DNA of 25,768 nt from a virus (Duplodnaviria; Caudoviricetes): IMG/VR virus record IMGVR_UViG_3300032233_002160, positions 1 through 25,768 of that record, one strand, 5' to 3'. Shown piece after piece: positions 25,421-25,768 of this stretch; position 1 is the stretch's first letter; each line of letters starts with the position of its first letter. The notes under the pieces are model-generated. The model searched no databases. It worked only from the letters and a program-made list of their open reading frames with translations, and was not told the DNA's origin. The translations under genes were made by a program, and so were the position numbers.

Positions 25421-25522
25421 GTAACCGAGATCATCAGAAGTAAAGCATCTCTCATACCTGCACTGGAGGGTGGTGTAGGATATACTGTACTCGTTCAGTC
25501 CCCCCTGAATTCATACTTACCC
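25421..25522 (+). ncRNA. PhotoRC-II-like cis-regulatory RNA
   Basis: psbA leader with GAGAT/ATCTC, CCTGCACT/GGTGTAGG and TTCAG/CTGAA hairpins, and complementary G-rich and C-rich loops. Family assigned from recall. Confidence 0.7.
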
Positions 25523-25533
25523 TTTTAAGAAAA

Positions 25534-25768
25534 ATGACTGCTACTATTGCTACACGCAATTCTACTAACCTCTGGGAATCTTTTTGCCAGTGGGTTACTT
25601 CTACAAACAACCGTCTTTATGTCGGTTGGTTTGGTGTTCTGATGATTCCAACGTTGCTTGCTGCAACGATTTGTTTCATCATCGCATTTGTCGGTGCTCC
25701 TCCTGTGGACATCGACGGCATTCGTGAACCTGTTTCTGGTTCGCTAATGTACGGCAACAACATCATCT
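25534..25768 (+). CDS. psbA: Photosystem II D1 protein, 3'-truncated by the window
   Basis: [42 protein letters not shown]...[24 protein letters not shown]. Confidence 0.99.
   Translation, partial: MTATIATRNSTNLWESFCQWVTSTNNRLYVGWFGVLMIPTLLAATICFIIAFVGAPPVDIDGIREPVSGSLMYGNNII

Overview
Segment of a T4-like cyanomyovirus genome (Kyanoviridae-like, probably infecting Synechococcus/Cyanobium), recognised from psbA, two hli genes, pstS, a cyanobacterial porin, host-type sigma70 promoters and T4-like late promoters ((A/C)TAAATA). From left to right it holds a GIY-YIG nuclease; three predicted cell-wall hydrolases plus an antisense operon of four micro-ORFs; a tRNA cluster (7 tRNAs in the window) containing an HNH endonuclease and an aberrant tRNA-like element; a porin-ahcY-pstS-dps nutrient/stress island; a manA-like RNA; an ~11.5 kb glycan locus (gmd, sugar C-methyltransferase, fcl, and GT2/GT4/GT6/GT11/GT25/HtrL-like and FkbM-like genes); and finally hli genes, a PhotoRC-II-like leader and the 5' end of psbA. 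The best leads are (1) a fully paired but elbow-less tRNA-like RNA overlapping the HNH 3' end, (2) a phage SAH hydrolase next to a predicted branched methyl-sugar and blood-group-like glycan pathway, (3) a structured 5' leader of the tail-lysozyme-domain gene, and (4) candidate host-regulator sites (Pho box, NtcA, HLR1) on the auxiliary genes. All family assignments come from motif recognition by eye; no searches or folding programs were run.
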